From the NCBI GenBank assembly GCA_965222375.1, contig CBDCTZ010000015.1, positions 1,472,001 through 1,536,000 of the forward strand: a stretch of 64,000 bases of DNA. Reading direction: 5' to 3'. The notes under the pieces are model-generated. The model did not search any database. It was not told where the DNA came from and saw only the letters and a program-made list of their open reading frames with translations. Shown piece after piece: positions 9,957 to 20,672 of the stretch. The DNA is from Polyangiaceae bacterium (lineage in GTDB: Bacteria; Myxococcota_A; Polyangia; Polyangiales; Polyangiaceae). Position 1 is the stretch's first letter. Each line of letters starts with the position of its first letter. The translations under genes and the position numbers were made by a program.

Positions 9957-10736
9957 ATGGGCAGCGTGGGCATCGCCCTCGTCGCTACGGTCGGCTGCAG
10001 TGGCGCTGACTCCGTGGCCAGCTCGAAGCCTAAGGGGAACCAACCCAGCGCGAACGTGGCCGCAGGCTGTCTCAATGCGGGGACGCCGGGGGCCACCGCG
10101 GACTGCGTCGCGAGAACCCGCTCGCCGGAGTACTACGTTCAGCAGGCGGAACTCTACTTCGACACTCTCGACACCGACACCTACGAGGGGGTCGAGCCGA
10201 ACTACTCGGAACTCGTGGCGCGCTGGGAGTGGCCCCCTTGGCTCTTGCTCACGGGCTACGGAAAGGACGAGATGATCACGATCGGCAAGCTCTTGCGCGG
10301 GTTCGATCCGTCGAAGGTGCCCGAGCGAGATTGTCGAGCCTTCGACACCCAGCCCTTCGCGCGCTGCTACGTCGTTTTCGAATACCCTGAGGGTCGGTGC
10401 CCCATCTACGAGGAGTTCGTGTTCGACGCCGACGGCGAGATGACGTTCATTGAAACCTGGTCCGACGTGCCCGGCCTGGCACCCACCAGCCCGCAGGACC
10501 CCTGGGGCCAGTCGCGTGACTTTCCGCGTCTCTCAACGCGGGTGCCCGGATTGGGTAACGCCAACAGCAAGATCGATCTGAAGAGTGATTGGATGCTAGA
10601 TGCCGCGCGGACGGACCCGGAGCTCGACGACTTCCGGCATCGCGCAAGCAACTGGGGCCCGACCTGGGCCAAGGAGCTCAGCAACGCAGGCCACGATCTC
10701 AACGCCAAGGGTTGCGGCTGGTCGAGCACCCACTGA
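9957..10736 (+). CDS. Hypothetical lipoprotein
   Basis: ATVGC lipobox; globular Trp-rich domain (RWEWPPWLLLTG); GC3-biased codons. Confidence 0.7.
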   Translation: MGSVGIALVATVGCSGADSVASSKPKGNQPSANVAAGCLNAGTPGATADCVARTRSPEYYVQQAELYFDTLDTDTYEGVEPNYSELVARWEWPPWLLLTGYGKDEMITIGKLLRGFDPSKVPERDCRAFDTQPFARCYVVFEYPEGRCPIYEEFVFDADGEMTFIETWSDVPGLAPTSPQDPWGQSRDFPRLSTRVPGLGNANSKIDLKSDWMLDAARTDPELDDFRHRASNWGPTWAKELSNAGHDLNAKGCGWSSTH

Positions 10737-10822
10737 CAGGCCCGGGAGCGCCAGAAGCCTCGACGAGGCAACGGTGCGACGCGAGATGCTCGGCCCGGCG
10801 AGAATCTTCCCCCGGGGGAAGC

Positions 10823-11203
10823 TTAGAACATCGTGTTGTCGTTTTTGGACTCGCCGGGGATCACCTGGAGCACATCCCAGTGTTCCACGACCTTGCCGCC
10901 ATCGTCGAAGCGGAAGATGTCGATGCCCGCGTAGTCCTTGTCCCCAGGCCACTGCTGGTGGCAATGCAGTACGACGTAGTTGCCTTCGGCGATGGCACGC
11001 TTGAAGGTCACGCGCTTGCCTGGGTATTCCTTGGCCATCTTCACGAAGTACTCGATGAAGGCAGCCTTGCCGTCGCCCACGTCGGGGTTGTGCTGGATGT
11101 ACTCGTCGCCCGCGAAGCGCTCGATGGCCTCAGCTGGCTTCGACTCGTTGAACATCAGCTCGTAAAACGCCTTCGCGTTCTTTGTGTTGTCTTCCGTCGA
11201 CAT
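10823..11203 (-). CDS. SnoaL-like / NTF2-fold protein
   Basis: [43 protein letters not shown]. Confidence 0.9.
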   Translation of the reverse strand: MSTEDNTKNAKAFYELMFNESKPAEAIERFAGDEYIQHNPDVGDGKAAFIEYFVKMAKEYPGKRVTFKRAIAEGNYVVLHCHQQWPGDKDYAGIDIFRFDDGGKVVEHWDVLQVIPGESKNDNTMF

Positions 11204-11388
11204 CGAGGTCTCCTTTTGGCTTCGACTTGTTGCTGCCCTTCGCCAGCGCGTCAACCGCACGTCGCCAACAAACGCGGTACCAGCGCCGAGTCGCAGCGCC
11301 GTCGTGCTGCCAGGTTGCGGAGTTCGAGAGCGCCAGCAGCCCCTCACGGCGGAGACTCGACCGGGCCGCTGTCGCGCTGCACAACGCG

Positions 11389-13416
11389 CTACGGGACCAG
11401 AATTGCGAGTGCCTGTCGCACGAGAGCAGCTAGGTCTTCAGCGCGTTGGCAGTGAGTATCACCTCGCAACTCCAGCGCAGCTACGGCCTTCTTCGACTCA
11501 CCGCGCCGAAATCCCATATTCGTCAGCGCGCTGACAAGTCTGGATTGCATCTCGGCCGAGTCAACGCGGGCTTCGCCACGCACTTCGCTCCTCGGCAACA
11601 CTTCCGACGCTAGATTGGCAGTTCCGCCCGCCACATGCTGGGGACAGAGGAGTGATTCATCGGCGCGGAGTTCAGCCGCGTGGTCCGGGGCGCGGCTGGG
11701 TGCGTCAGCTGTCACGGTTTCGTCGGTGTCACCCGCGCAGCTCGGCGCGTCGACTAGCGTGGGTGGGTCGGCGTTGCCTTGGAGGCGGCTTGGCGCGTTG
11801 ACTAGCGTGGGCGGGTCAGCGTCAGGGCGGCAGCTCAACGCGTCGACTAGCGTGCGCGGGTCGGCGTTGCCTTGGAGGCAGCTTGGCGCGTTGACTAGCG
11901 TGGGCGGGTCAGCGTCAGGGCGGCAGCTCCAAGCATCGCCTGTGACACTTGGCTGTCCGTTTCCGCGGCGTGATTCGCAGTTCAACCTCTGCTGGCGAAG
12001 GCGAGTTGCGCCGTCCACGGAATCAGGGTCGCCAGCGCTGCCTTTCCGAGGCGACTCCGGCCCGACCGCAGCGCCCACCTGGACGACGCGGCTCTCTTCA
12101 GTTGCGCGCGGCGATTCGCACTCCAACCCCTGCTGGCGAAGGCGAATTGCTCCTTCGATGGAATCTCGTTCGGCCGGCTCCGGAACGCCGGGGTCTCCGC
12201 TGCAGCTCTCATCCGATGTGCGCCGCGATCGTCCGTCTAACCTCTGCTGGCGTTGCTGGCGAAGGCGAATTCTGCTCTCGACGTATTTTCGTCCGAAGAC
12301 CTTCTCGGCCTCGAACAAGTTGTGCGCGCGGCAGAGCAGGCGTCCGTTGAGAGTGGTGCCAGCGCCACCACAGGCTCGCGGGTCTTCGTGGTCGAGCTGT
12401 AGGAAAGCTCTTGCGCGGCAGCGCTCGCCGCTCGGCGACACATACGTACACTGCTCGCCATCGCGCTCATAGATTTCCCGCCGGGCCTCGCGAGAGAAGT
12501 CGCCGTGCTTCGTGCCTCGAGAACGCCGCGGTCTATCAGTCTTGCCGAGCTTCTTCTTCTCCAGATCCGCCAGCACCAAGTCGAGCCCCCGCTCGATGAC
12601 CGTTGCCAAGTCTCGCTTCGGATTCGAGTGACTCATCAAGTCGAGGGCGCGTTCGAGCTTGTCCTTGAGGGCGGCTCCCGCGGAAAACTGGACGTGAAAA
12701 CGTTCTGCGGAAAGCGGTGACACCCGAGGTCTGGATTCGGTGGCAAGAAACCCCGCGTCTGCTCTAGCCGACAGGCTGGCAGCCGCCGCAAAGGGCCGAC
12801 CCAAACCCGCTCGCTCTGCGATCGCCGACCCTAAGTCAGTCCACGCCGATGCGTCGCCAGCTGCGAGGGTCGCCGGCCCCGAATCCGCCGCAACCGTTTG
12901 GGCGGCGACGCCAACTGACTGCCCCGCAGCGGCGGCATCGCCTCCGAGACACGCCTGGACCGGCAGCAGGCGAATCGAGTCCGCTACGTCTTCCTTCGGA
13001 AACCGGGAGCGGATCAGCAGCTCGACCTCGGCTTTGCTCTTGTCGCAGGCCGCCGCGAGCAACTCGGCGTGGTTTTCCTTATCCAAATACCTCTGCAGCA
13101 TGCTGAGCGCCGTGACGTGGATCCGTCCCTCACGCAGCAGGTCCAGCACCATTGGGTATTTGCGTGCAATGCGGGCAGCTGCAATGTGCCGATGAGCGCT
13201 GCCCTCGCTGAGCTTCAGCTTGCGGCAGCAGAACTCGTACATGGAGGAGCACGCCTCCCTCACGTCCAACCGCCGCGCTTCCACCTCGCCGAGGTAAGCC
13301 ACGAGTTGTGCCGTGATCTTTCGTCGCGAGCCAATCACGCCGCCCAGATTGGCCAAGACTTCATCGTCCGAGAGGTGAGCCATGTGTTTCGTAGTCCCAG
13401 ATGACGTGAGATTCAT
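11389..13416 (-). CDS. DUF222-like/HNH endonuclease with repeat-rich linker and RuvA C-terminal-like end
   Basis: N-terminal LSDDEVL...LGEVEARRL...SSMYEFC...LSEG; HNH region RDGEQCTY...C...LQLDH...GG....[11 protein letters not shown]-terminal SALTNMGFR...LVRQALAIL. Confidence 0.85.
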   Translation of the reverse strand: MNLTSSGTTKHMAHLSDDEVLANLGGVIGSRRKITAQLVAYLGEVEARRLDVREACSSMYEFCCRKLKLSEGSAHRHIAAARIARKYPMVLDLLREGRIHVTALSMLQRYLDKENHAELLAAACDKSKAEVELLIRSRFPKEDVADSIRLLPVQACLGGDAAAAGQSVGVAAQTVAADSGPATLAAGDASAWTDLGSAIAERAGLGRPFAAAASLSARADAGFLATESRPRVSPLSAERFHVQFSAGAALKDKLERALDLMSHSNPKRDLATVIERGLDLVLADLEKKKLGKTDRPRRSRGTKHGDFSREARREIYERDGEQCTYVSPSGERCRARAFLQLDHEDPRACGGAGTTLNGRLLCRAHNLFEAEKVFGRKYVESRIRLRQQRQQRLDGRSRRTSDESCSGDPGVPEPAERDSIEGAIRLRQQGLECESPRATEESRVVQVGAAVGPESPRKGSAGDPDSVDGATRLRQQRLNCESRRGNGQPSVTGDAWSCRPDADPPTLVNAPSCLQGNADPRTLVDALSCRPDADPPTLVNAPSRLQGNADPPTLVDAPSCAGDTDETVTADAPSRAPDHAAELRADESLLCPQHVAGGTANLASEVLPRSEVRGEARVDSAEMQSRLVSALTNMGFRRGESKKAVAALELRGDTHCQRAEDLAALVRQALAILVP
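11743..11930. repeat. Intragenic tandem repeat: alternating 48/45-bp units (2x93 bp)
   Basis: GACTAGCGTG(G/C)G core occurs four times; encodes ADPPTLV(N/D)APS. Confidence 0.85.
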
Positions 13417-13882
13417 GCCTACTTGCCTAACACGCGTTTATTTGGCTCTTCAGCTGACACACTGCGCGGCGATCGCGCCCGCAATCGAGGCGCGCGCCGT
13501 CTCGCGTGTGAAACCGCGCAGGCTGGCCGCACACGCGCGGCAAGCGCGTACAAATTGCCAAGCTGGCGTTTCGCGCGCACGTGCGCCCGGAAACCTGTCA
13601 ACAAGATTCGTAGGAAGAAACGCGGGTCGAGCTGCGGACCAGCAATGCCAACTCGAGCGCGGACAACGACTTGAGCGCCACTCGCGGTCTACGCCTTGCA
13701 CTGCGGGGCGTGCTCCGCTTGCGCTTGACGCTCTCGCATCGCTGCTCGACCTCGCTCGTGCTCTGCGCTTCGCGTTGCGGGTCGACCTCCACTGGCAAAG
13801 GCGAACTGCACTGTCGATGTACTCGCCCAAATACCTTGCTCTGCGTCGAACGCCCTGACACCCGCGGCGCCGGCGCCGCGGC

Positions 13883-13935
13883 GGAGGTGCGGTTGTGGCG
13901 GGCCCCCTAAGGCCCGCCCGCGCCGCAGCCCTCAC
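13883..13935. other. GC-rich stem-loop in the long intergenic region upstream of the HNH gene
   Basis: GGCGGGCC-CCCTAA-GGCCCGCC inner stem, extended by TGCGG/CCGCA and GAGG/CCTC. Confidence 0.5.
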
Positions 13936-14275
13936 CAGTCGAGACGACGCCACCCGCCGGCGCGTTCTTCCGCAACTCAGCCTCCCGCTCGCCCGACAAG
14001 TTGTCCCACCCGGGGTGGGCCTCCGTACAAAAGTCGAGCAACTGAATCTACAATGGGCCGAACAAGTTGCCCTCCCGCCCTGGGATTCTTCTGGCTGCAG
14101 TTTGTTGCCAGCCCGCAGCTTTCCCTATCAGCCTGCGGGTCATGCAGCGTTGAGGCACGTTGCCGTTCGTCCTGCGACCAACCCAGTCGGTCCGTCCGCG
14201 GCGTGCCCCACAGAAGTCACCGCAGAAAGACGTGTTGAGTCATAGTCCGTCGATGCGGGTCAGGAATGGTGCCGG

Positions 14276-14827
14276 CTACATGCTAACCAGGACCAAGCCG
14301 CGTTTCGTTTTTGTTGCCTCCGTCAACCACAGCCACGCGGCGTGTTCCGCAGCCGCAGGGTCATTGTGCTCGGGCCACTTTGGGAGTTCAGGTGGTCCGG
14401 ATGAGAATTCTCGGAACTCCTGGAACGTTTGGCGACACCGCGCCGCATCGTAAGTAGCAGCGAGTACGTAACTTGCTGTGGGGATGACGATCGGCCAACC
14501 GTCTCCACTCAGATCCCTTTCCAAGTCGAAGAAGCCAGTGATGTGCATCGCGTGGGAGCTAGGTACCTCCGGTGTGTCGACGAACGTGCCGTACTCGATG
14601 GCTAGCACCATGGTGGCCAAACCGTAGACGTCGCCGGGAACGTCTTCTAGCACCCGTCCCGTGGCGATCTGGTCGAGAGCCCCCTGGACGCCATCTTCCT
14701 CGAGCAGGGACTTGGAATAGCGGTGCGTGGGTTGCCGCATCCTCTGCGCGACTTGCGGGCCGTCGTTGGAGAGCGCGGCGCGAAGAGCATCGATGTCGAG
14801 CGCAATCCCTTGAACGTACTGGCTCAT
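14276..14827 (-). CDS. Hypothetical protein
   Basis: 183-aa ORF with globular composition, ending in a GLVLV strand. Confidence 0.6.
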   Translation of the reverse strand: MSQYVQGIALDIDALRAALSNDGPQVAQRMRQPTHRYSKSLLEEDGVQGALDQIATGRVLEDVPGDVYGLATMVLAIEYGTFVDTPEVPSSHAMHITGFFDLERDLSGDGWPIVIPTASYVLAATYDAARCRQTFQEFREFSSGPPELPKWPEHNDPAAAEHAAWLWLTEATKTKRGLVLVSM

Positions 14828-14977
14828 GTCGCTTGCGCCGCGAGAGTCGATAGGCCGCTATTCACACCGCAGCTGATACCACACCAAGCCTCGCCACGGA
14901 GATCGCGTGACACCGTGTAACTAATTGTAATTGCCGACGGCGTGCGTCGCGGAGAAGCCGGCGCTCAGCAAAGCCGG

Positions 14978-16237
14978 CTAGTGCAGCGTATGCCATTGGC
15001 CTTCGTGTTCCACTTTTGGAACCGAGGGCTTGGGTGCGCTGGGGGGCACGATGTCTTGTTGGGCGTCTTCCTTGGCGCTGCGGGAAAGAACGATGTGTAC
15101 CCGGCCGTCTTGGGTCGCTTCGGCGATGCGGCGACGCAGGTCGTCTTCGCGTTTCTCTTCTCGCTCCCAGCGAGCCAAGGTCGCCTTGTCCCGCTTCTTG
15201 CGGCGGCGGAAACCCCAGGCGAACAGACCGATGGCAAAGGCCCAGATGAAGCTCCCGCTGAAGAGCACGGGCCAGAAGGTGTAACGCCGAGCTACGTCTT
15301 CACGCCACTCGTACTCCAAGCCCGCCAGGTCGACGCCGTAGGCGTCCTTCATGGAGGACTCGAAGGTCTGCCCGCGGTTCACCCGCTCGATCATAGCGGT
15401 GAAACGCTCTTGATCTTGCTTGCGGACCAAGAAGCGCACCACGTCGGCGGCCTGGGCGTAGGCGACGGAAGCGGTGAAGGCATCCTCCGGAAAGGAACGC
15501 TCCATACGGCGAAGCGGCAACAGCTCGTCGGCAAGGGTGGCGGTCCACAGGGTCTGCATTCGTGGGAAGGAGCTCTCCCCCGACGCGTAGACCGCGAAGC
15601 CCTCGTTGAACCAACGGGGAACGTGGTTCCCCTTCACGGCGTCGTGCAGGGCGACGTGGGCCAGCTCGTGACGAAACACCTCGGCTAGTTCGTGGCGGGA
15701 GTTCGAGTGCACGGGGTGAATCGTGAGTAGGACGAAGCCCATGCTCGAATAGGCAACACCCGCGGCGTACTTGGGGAATGGGGCGCCCTGTGGGGCGAGG
15801 CTGGCCATCTCTCCAGGAGTGCGCGCCACATACACCGTCACGTTCGACAGTACGTCGGTTCCGAGGCGTTCCTTCAATTCGGCCTTCACCGAGTTGGCTT
15901 GATCGATCAGCGGCTGAACACGCTCGCGAATCGATGGCAGATAGGAAAAGCGGATCCAGCCCGCGTTGTGAGTGTTGTAGTTCGCGGGCGGCTGCGGGAT
16001 TTTGATCCCAGGCCCAACTCGGGGCGCGTCACTTGGTGGCGCTTCCGTCGCAGCGGGTGCTCTGGGCTTTGCCTTCTTCGCGGCTGCTTCAGCAGGGAGC
16101 ACCGAGGTCGTGCCCGTGCGGACCGGTTCCTTTGCTCCTGCCTGCGCCCATGACGTTGTCGGCAACGCCAACATCAGTAGCGCGACGAGAAACGCGATGA
16201 AGCGGCGCACGCGCCACTCGCCGACTCCTCTGGTCAT
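14978..16237 (-). CDS. Peptidase MA family zinc metalloprotease, membrane anchored
   Basis: HELAH, PRWFNEGFA, AYAQA; N-terminal signal and C-terminal TM helix. Confidence 0.85.
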   Translation of the reverse strand: MTRGVGEWRVRRFIAFLVALLMLALPTTSWAQAGAKEPVRTGTTSVLPAEAAAKKAKPRAPAATEAPPSDAPRVGPGIKIPQPPANYNTHNAGWIRFSYLPSIRERVQPLIDQANSVKAELKERLGTDVLSNVTVYVARTPGEMASLAPQGAPFPKYAAGVAYSSMGFVLLTIHPVHSNSRHELAEVFRHELAHVALHDAVKGNHVPRWFNEGFAVYASGESSFPRMQTLWTATLADELLPLRRMERSFPEDAFTASVAYAQAADVVRFLVRKQDQERFTAMIERVNRGQTFESSMKDAYGVDLAGLEYEWREDVARRYTFWPVLFSGSFIWAFAIGLFAWGFRRRKKRDKATLARWEREEKREDDLRRRIAEATQDGRVHIVLSRSAKEDAQQDIVPPSAPKPSVPKVEHEGQWHTLH

Positions 16238-16270
16238 CCATGGAAAAGTTAAGAGGCGCTCGGCGCTTCG

Positions 16271-16969
16271 TCAACGTGACAACACCCAAAAGGGTCCGAA
16301 CAGGACCGGCGCGGCGTCTCGCGCGCTGTGTTGAATTGTCGGAACGGCGACGACGAGGACGAGCGCGGCCAGCCCAAAACCTGCCCACAGCCCACGCGCA
16401 AGTGTTCGGTTTTGCAGGGAACTATGCGGTACCCACATGGACGCCACGACCGCCGCAACCAGGAGGAGCACGCCATCCAACGCCGCCATGCGCACGCCAG
16501 GCTGTGAGACCAATGGCAAACAAAACCGGACACCCGCGAGCAAGCCGAGCCCGCCTGCGCCCATGAGCAGCAGGCTCTTGCCGCGACTGTCGTCGGCCCA
16601 TCGCCACGCTCGATTGGAAACGAGCAACGCGCCGATCAAGACGAAGGCGCCCACCACGGCAAAGGTCACCCCGCCCAATGCACGATGATGGGTTGCGGTC
16701 TTGAGAATGCGACCGAATATGGCAAGCGCTGGCAAACAAAGCGCAAAGGCCAGGCCCAGGGTCTTGAGGACGTGACTCTGCCCCCGCAGCGTCCTGATGG
16801 ACGCGGCGAGGGTTCCGCACAAGATGGCAGCTGATCCCGCAAGGGCCAACCACACCAGAGCGCGACTGCTGCCGCTGGCGCGCAGGGCCGCTGGGATGGC
16901 AATCAGCAACGCGAATAGGGTGGCGGTGGCAAGCGCCCCAGCGGCGCCTTCTTGCTGTTTGGTGTCCAA
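16271..16969 (-). CDS. Multi-pass membrane protein
   Basis: About seven hydrophobic segments, co-oriented within the cluster. Confidence 0.65.
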   Translation of the reverse strand: MDTKQQEGAAGALATATLFALLIAIPAALRASGSSRALVWLALAGSAAILCGTLAASIRTLRGQSHVLKTLGLAFALCLPALAIFGRILKTATHHRALGGVTFAVVGAFVLIGALLVSNRAWRWADDSRGKSLLLMGAGGLGLLAGVRFCLPLVSQPGVRMAALDGVLLLVAAVVASMWVPHSSLQNRTLARGLWAGFGLAALVLVVAVPTIQHSARDAAPVLFGPFWVLSR

Positions 16970-17125
16970 GGTCAGCCTCGAATGAAGAGATTACAGGAAG
17001 CGCGAGATCAGGTCAGCTTCCTTTACATGGAGCCATGGATCCGAACAGACCCAAACCCTCTTCCTTCCCAACCTTTCAGCCTCCTGTTTGTTCTTCCCCG
17101 GGAAATGGGAACGAACTCGCGTACC

Positions 17126-18181
17126 TCAGGTGGCAGCCCCGAGTTCCAGCCGCACGCGCCGCGCGGAACCCTCCGGCACGTATCCGTTCTGCAAGAACCA
17201 GCGCACGGAGCGAGCGAGCGTGTCGTGCGCCAGGCGGTGCTTGTAGCCCAACTCGGCTTCGGCCTTTTCGGAGGTGACCCAGGCGTAATCCGTGGCGTAG
17301 TCCCGAGCCATTCGGTAAGTCAGATCCGGTTCGCCGCCGAAGAGGCGAGCTCGAAGTTCCATCAGCCGCCCACCTATTTGAGCCATGCCGCCGGAGATGG
17401 TGCCGCCTGGCGGCGCGAGCCCGGTGAGCTCGCTGAGATTGGTGAAGAGCTGACCGAAGGTGAGGTTCTCGCCGCCCAAGACGTAGCGCTCCCCGATGGC
17501 GCCCTTTTCCATGGCCAGGATGTGACCACTCACTACATCGTCCACGTCCACAACGTTGATGCCGCCGGCCGTCACAGGCATGCGCATGCGCGCGCCCATC
17601 TTGAGATAAGTCAAAATGCTTTGGCCGCTCGGCGTAGGCTTCCAATCCCCGGGGCCAAAGATGCCGCTCGGTAGCACCGATACGATGGGCAAGCCGTCCT
17701 CGGCCATCTCTTCGGCGACCCGCAGCGCCTCGTACTTGGACAGGATGTAGACCTCTGGATCCGCCAGGTTGAACTCGTGCTCCTCATCCATCAGGGCTTC
17801 GCTGGAGGGCGTCGTTCCGAGGGCGGCAACGCTGCTGGTCACGACGATCTTGTCGATCCCGCGCTTCCGAGCTGCGCTCAGGGTGGCGATCGTCCCCTCC
17901 ACGGCCGGGCCCAAGATGACGTCCGGTTTTGGGTCCCACATCTTGAAGCTCGAGGCCACGTGGTACATCCGGTCGCAGTCCGACAGCGCGCGGTACACCG
18001 TGTGCTCCACGGTGATGTCGCCAAAGGCGAGGCGACATTGCTCCGGGGGCAACCCCTGCAACTGACGCAAACTCGAGCCGGCGCGAACGAAGGCCTTCAC
18101 GCGCTCGCCGCGTTCGACCAGAGCGCGCACCAACCGAGATCCAACGAAGCCAGAGGCACCCGTGACTAGTGTCCAAGACAT
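17126..18181 (-). CDS. NAD-dependent epimerase/dehydratase (HpnA / dihydroflavonol reductase-like extended SDR)
   Basis: VTGASGFVG, TSSVA, YILSK (YxxxK), GPGD..PTPSG, VDVDDV..GH. Confidence 0.9.
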   Translation of the reverse strand: MSWTLVTGASGFVGSRLVRALVERGERVKAFVRAGSSLRQLQGLPPEQCRLAFGDITVEHTVYRALSDCDRMYHVASSFKMWDPKPDVILGPAVEGTIATLSAARKRGIDKIVVTSSVAALGTTPSSEALMDEEHEFNLADPEVYILSKYEALRVAEEMAEDGLPIVSVLPSGIFGPGDWKPTPSGQSILTYLKMGARMRMPVTAGGINVVDVDDVVSGHILAMEKGAIGERYVLGGENLTFGQLFTNLSELTGLAPPGGTISGGMAQIGGRLMELRARLFGGEPDLTYRMARDYATDYAWVTSEKAEAELGYKHRLAHDTLARSVRWFLQNGYVPEGSARRVRLELGAAT

Positions 18182-18209
18182 GTGCGGAAACTCTTAGCAA
18201 AAAGCCGAG

Positions 18210-20660
18210 TCATTGTCTGCGGACGCGGCCGCAGGAGCCCCGGGCGCGCAGAGTTGCCTCGGCGGCAGCCCGGGCGGTGTGGCTCGCAGACTTCTTGAGG
18301 AGCGGGCTCAGCCGGTCCGCGAGGTCCGGTGGGCGGATGCGACTCAGTGCGCCCAGCGCCATGGTGCTGACGCCCCGTTCTTCTGCGGGCAGCATCGGGT
18401 CCGAAAGCTTGCGAGCGGACTTGGTCAACAGCTCGACGGCCCCCCTGTCACACATGAGGCCAAGGGCTTCTGCGGCGCGTGCGCGAACTTCCGCGTGTTC
18501 GTCTTCCGCGAGGAGACGCTCACGCACTTTCGGCGCCTGGCTCAGAGCGCGGCGCTTGCCCAACGCGGTCAGCACCGGGCCGCGCACGTGGCGAGACTTG
18601 TCTTCGACGGCATCACCGAGGACGCGGTCCACCGTGGGCGCCCTCTTGTGATGCGCCAAGGCGTTGGCGGCAGCCGCGCGCACGATCGGCCACGGGTCCT
18701 GCTGCAATCGGGCAACGAGGGGTGTCGCTGCAAAGCTGCCGCTACGTTTCGCCAATGCACCCGCAGCGGCCTCGCGCACACGAACCTCTGGATCGCGCAA
18801 GGCAGCAACGAGCTCTTTTTGAAATAGCGCGGGCCGCTCGATGACCTCTGCGGCGCGGGTGCGCACGTAGCCGCTGCGGTCCCCAGTCAACGCTTGGGAC
18901 ACCAAGCCTCGTGCACCGGAGTCCCTAGAAGCCAGGCGCCCGGCGGGCTCCAACCGCAAATAGCGGAGTCGAAACTGGGCCTGATGGGTCGAGATCCGCT
19001 GCATGGCCTTGATCGCCGGCGCTCCGTGAGCCCGGACCCGCGGGCCTAGGGCGCGAAGCAATTCCAAGGTTTCCGCATTCGAGAGCGATGTGTCCAGGAG
19101 CACTTTGGCGACTGCGCGGCGTGCGCGTCGGCTCGATGCAGCGCGCCCCAAGGCCACGCGAAGGGCCTGGCGCTCTTTCGCCTTCGCATGTTTCAAGCGT
19201 GGAACGAGCACGCTGATGGCCTGTGCCGGCGCGACCTCTGCCAAGGCGGCGGAGAGGATCCGCACTCGGCGCGGGTCCCGATTCAGGGCCCGCACGATGG
19301 CGTTCTTCGCCTCTGCAGGGCAGCGCGGCAAGCGCGTGCTAGCGTGCACCCGTTGGGGGGCAGAGTTACCCAAGAGCGCAGCGACGTAGACGGGTGCGCT
19401 TCGGTTGCAGGGGGCATGATCGATGACTTCGAGAGCCATGCGTCGCCCACCTTCGTCTAGCGTGGCAAAGGCTTTGGTCACCGCTCGGAACGCGGGCTCG
19501 CCGAGCAAAGTCAGCGCCGCTGCTGCCGTCTTCGACCGTTCCTTGCCGCCAGCCAGGGCGCCCACCAGTCCATCGATACTCTGTGCGTCCACATGGGTCC
19601 GTGCCGACAGCTCGGCCAAGGTGACCTTGGAGGCTTTGTTTGCCGAGTAGGCCGTGTCGAGGACGAGCGCGACGCACGCCGTGCGAACCGCATTGGGCAA
19701 GTTGACCTGATAGCGGCTGCCGGGCTTCTGCCAGGCGTCCTCCTGCAGGCCTACGCGAAACAGCTGCTTGTCGGTCGCGAGGAAGAACGAACGCGGAGCC
19801 GCACCGCCGGGCACGTCCAGCTTCAATGGGCGAACCACGAACTCGAAGCCCGAAATGGGCAGCTCGTGGGGCGCTGCCATGATCACCAGCTCGCCGCGGC
19901 CGTCACCGCCTCGGTTCTCGGACCAGACCGTCTCGGGGTTGCCGTCGGTGAGAGCCCGAGGGTCGCCCACTGCGCTCGACGCGCCCCGGGCCCGCAGCAT
20001 GGGCAAACCGAGAGGCTCGCCGGTTGAAGGCGTCGCTGTGAGGGAGGTGGCTGCATCTCGTTCATGCGGAGGCAGACGCTGCACCCGAGCGGGCTTCAGC
20101 TTCAGGTCCTTGTTGGAAAGCAGCTTGGGCGCCAGGATCGTCGGCCGCCGACACAACGAGAAGTCCTCACGCTGCTCTCCGACGACAATCGTACGCGTAC
20201 CGTCTGCACGAGCGGGGCTGATCTGCACCATCGCGCCGTTGCGCTCGCCCCACTCCCCGCGCACCCAACCGGTTTCGCCCTGAAACACGGTAACCACCTT
20301 GCCCGCGCCGATTGGAGCCGCGAAGACGCCCTTCCAAGCGCGGTCTGACGTGGGACCGGGGAGCGTGACCAGAATCGCTCGGCGACGGTTGCCGATGGGC
20401 ACGACGGTGAGCGTGGATTTCGCAGCACGCGCCAGGTAGTCGGCGGGAACTGCAACGATCTCTCCGCCACGCAGATCGCACTTTCGCGCTCGGCACACCT
20501 TCGTGCGCAGCTTTCCGGCAGCGTCGAAGCCCACCGCTAGGGACTGCTGACCCGCCCGAGCGGGGGCAACTGCGAACACGGGCTTTGCCGCCGCCGCCGC
20601 CAAAGGCGAAAAGCAGGTGGCAACGAGAAGCGTCGTCAGGGTGCTGGACAGTCGGCGCAC
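18210..20660 (-). CDS. Secreted protein with discoidin-like domain and HEAT repeats
   Basis: Signal peptide; LTDGNPETVWSE motif; C-terminal D...VR.AAA.AL repeats. Confidence 0.75.
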   Translation of the reverse strand: MRRLSSTLTTLLVATCFSPLAAAAAKPVFAVAPARAGQQSLAVGFDAAGKLRTKVCRARKCDLRGGEIVAVPADYLARAAKSTLTVVPIGNRRRAILVTLPGPTSDRAWKGVFAAPIGAGKVVTVFQGETGWVRGEWGERNGAMVQISPARADGTRTIVVGEQREDFSLCRRPTILAPKLLSNKDLKLKPARVQRLPPHERDAATSLTATPSTGEPLGLPMLRARGASSAVGDPRALTDGNPETVWSENRGGDGRGELVIMAAPHELPISGFEFVVRPLKLDVPGGAAPRSFFLATDKQLFRVGLQEDAWQKPGSRYQVNLPNAVRTACVALVLDTAYSANKASKVTLAELSARTHVDAQSIDGLVGALAGGKERSKTAAAALTLLGEPAFRAVTKAFATLDEGGRRMALEVIDHAPCNRSAPVYVAALLGNSAPQRVHASTRLPRCPAEAKNAIVRALNRDPRRVRILSAALAEVAPAQAISVLVPRLKHAKAKERQALRVALGRAASSRRARRAVAKVLLDTSLSNAETLELLRALGPRVRAHGAPAIKAMQRISTHQAQFRLRYLRLEPAGRLASRDSGARGLVSQALTGDRSGYVRTRAAEVIERPALFQKELVAALRDPEVRVREAAAGALAKRSGSFAATPLVARLQQDPWPIVRAAAANALAHHKRAPTVDRVLGDAVEDKSRHVRGPVLTALGKRRALSQAPKVRERLLAEDEHAEVRARAAEALGLMCDRGAVELLTKSARKLSDPMLPAEERGVSTMALGALSRIRPPDLADRLSPLLKKSASHTARAAAEATLRARGSCGRVRRQ

Positions 20661-20672
20661 GCCCGGATGCTG

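Noticed and set aside
11389..13416. IscB/Cas9-like RNA-guided nuclease
   Set aside because: No RuvC motifs or PLMP domain seen; only HNH with a DUF222-like N-terminus
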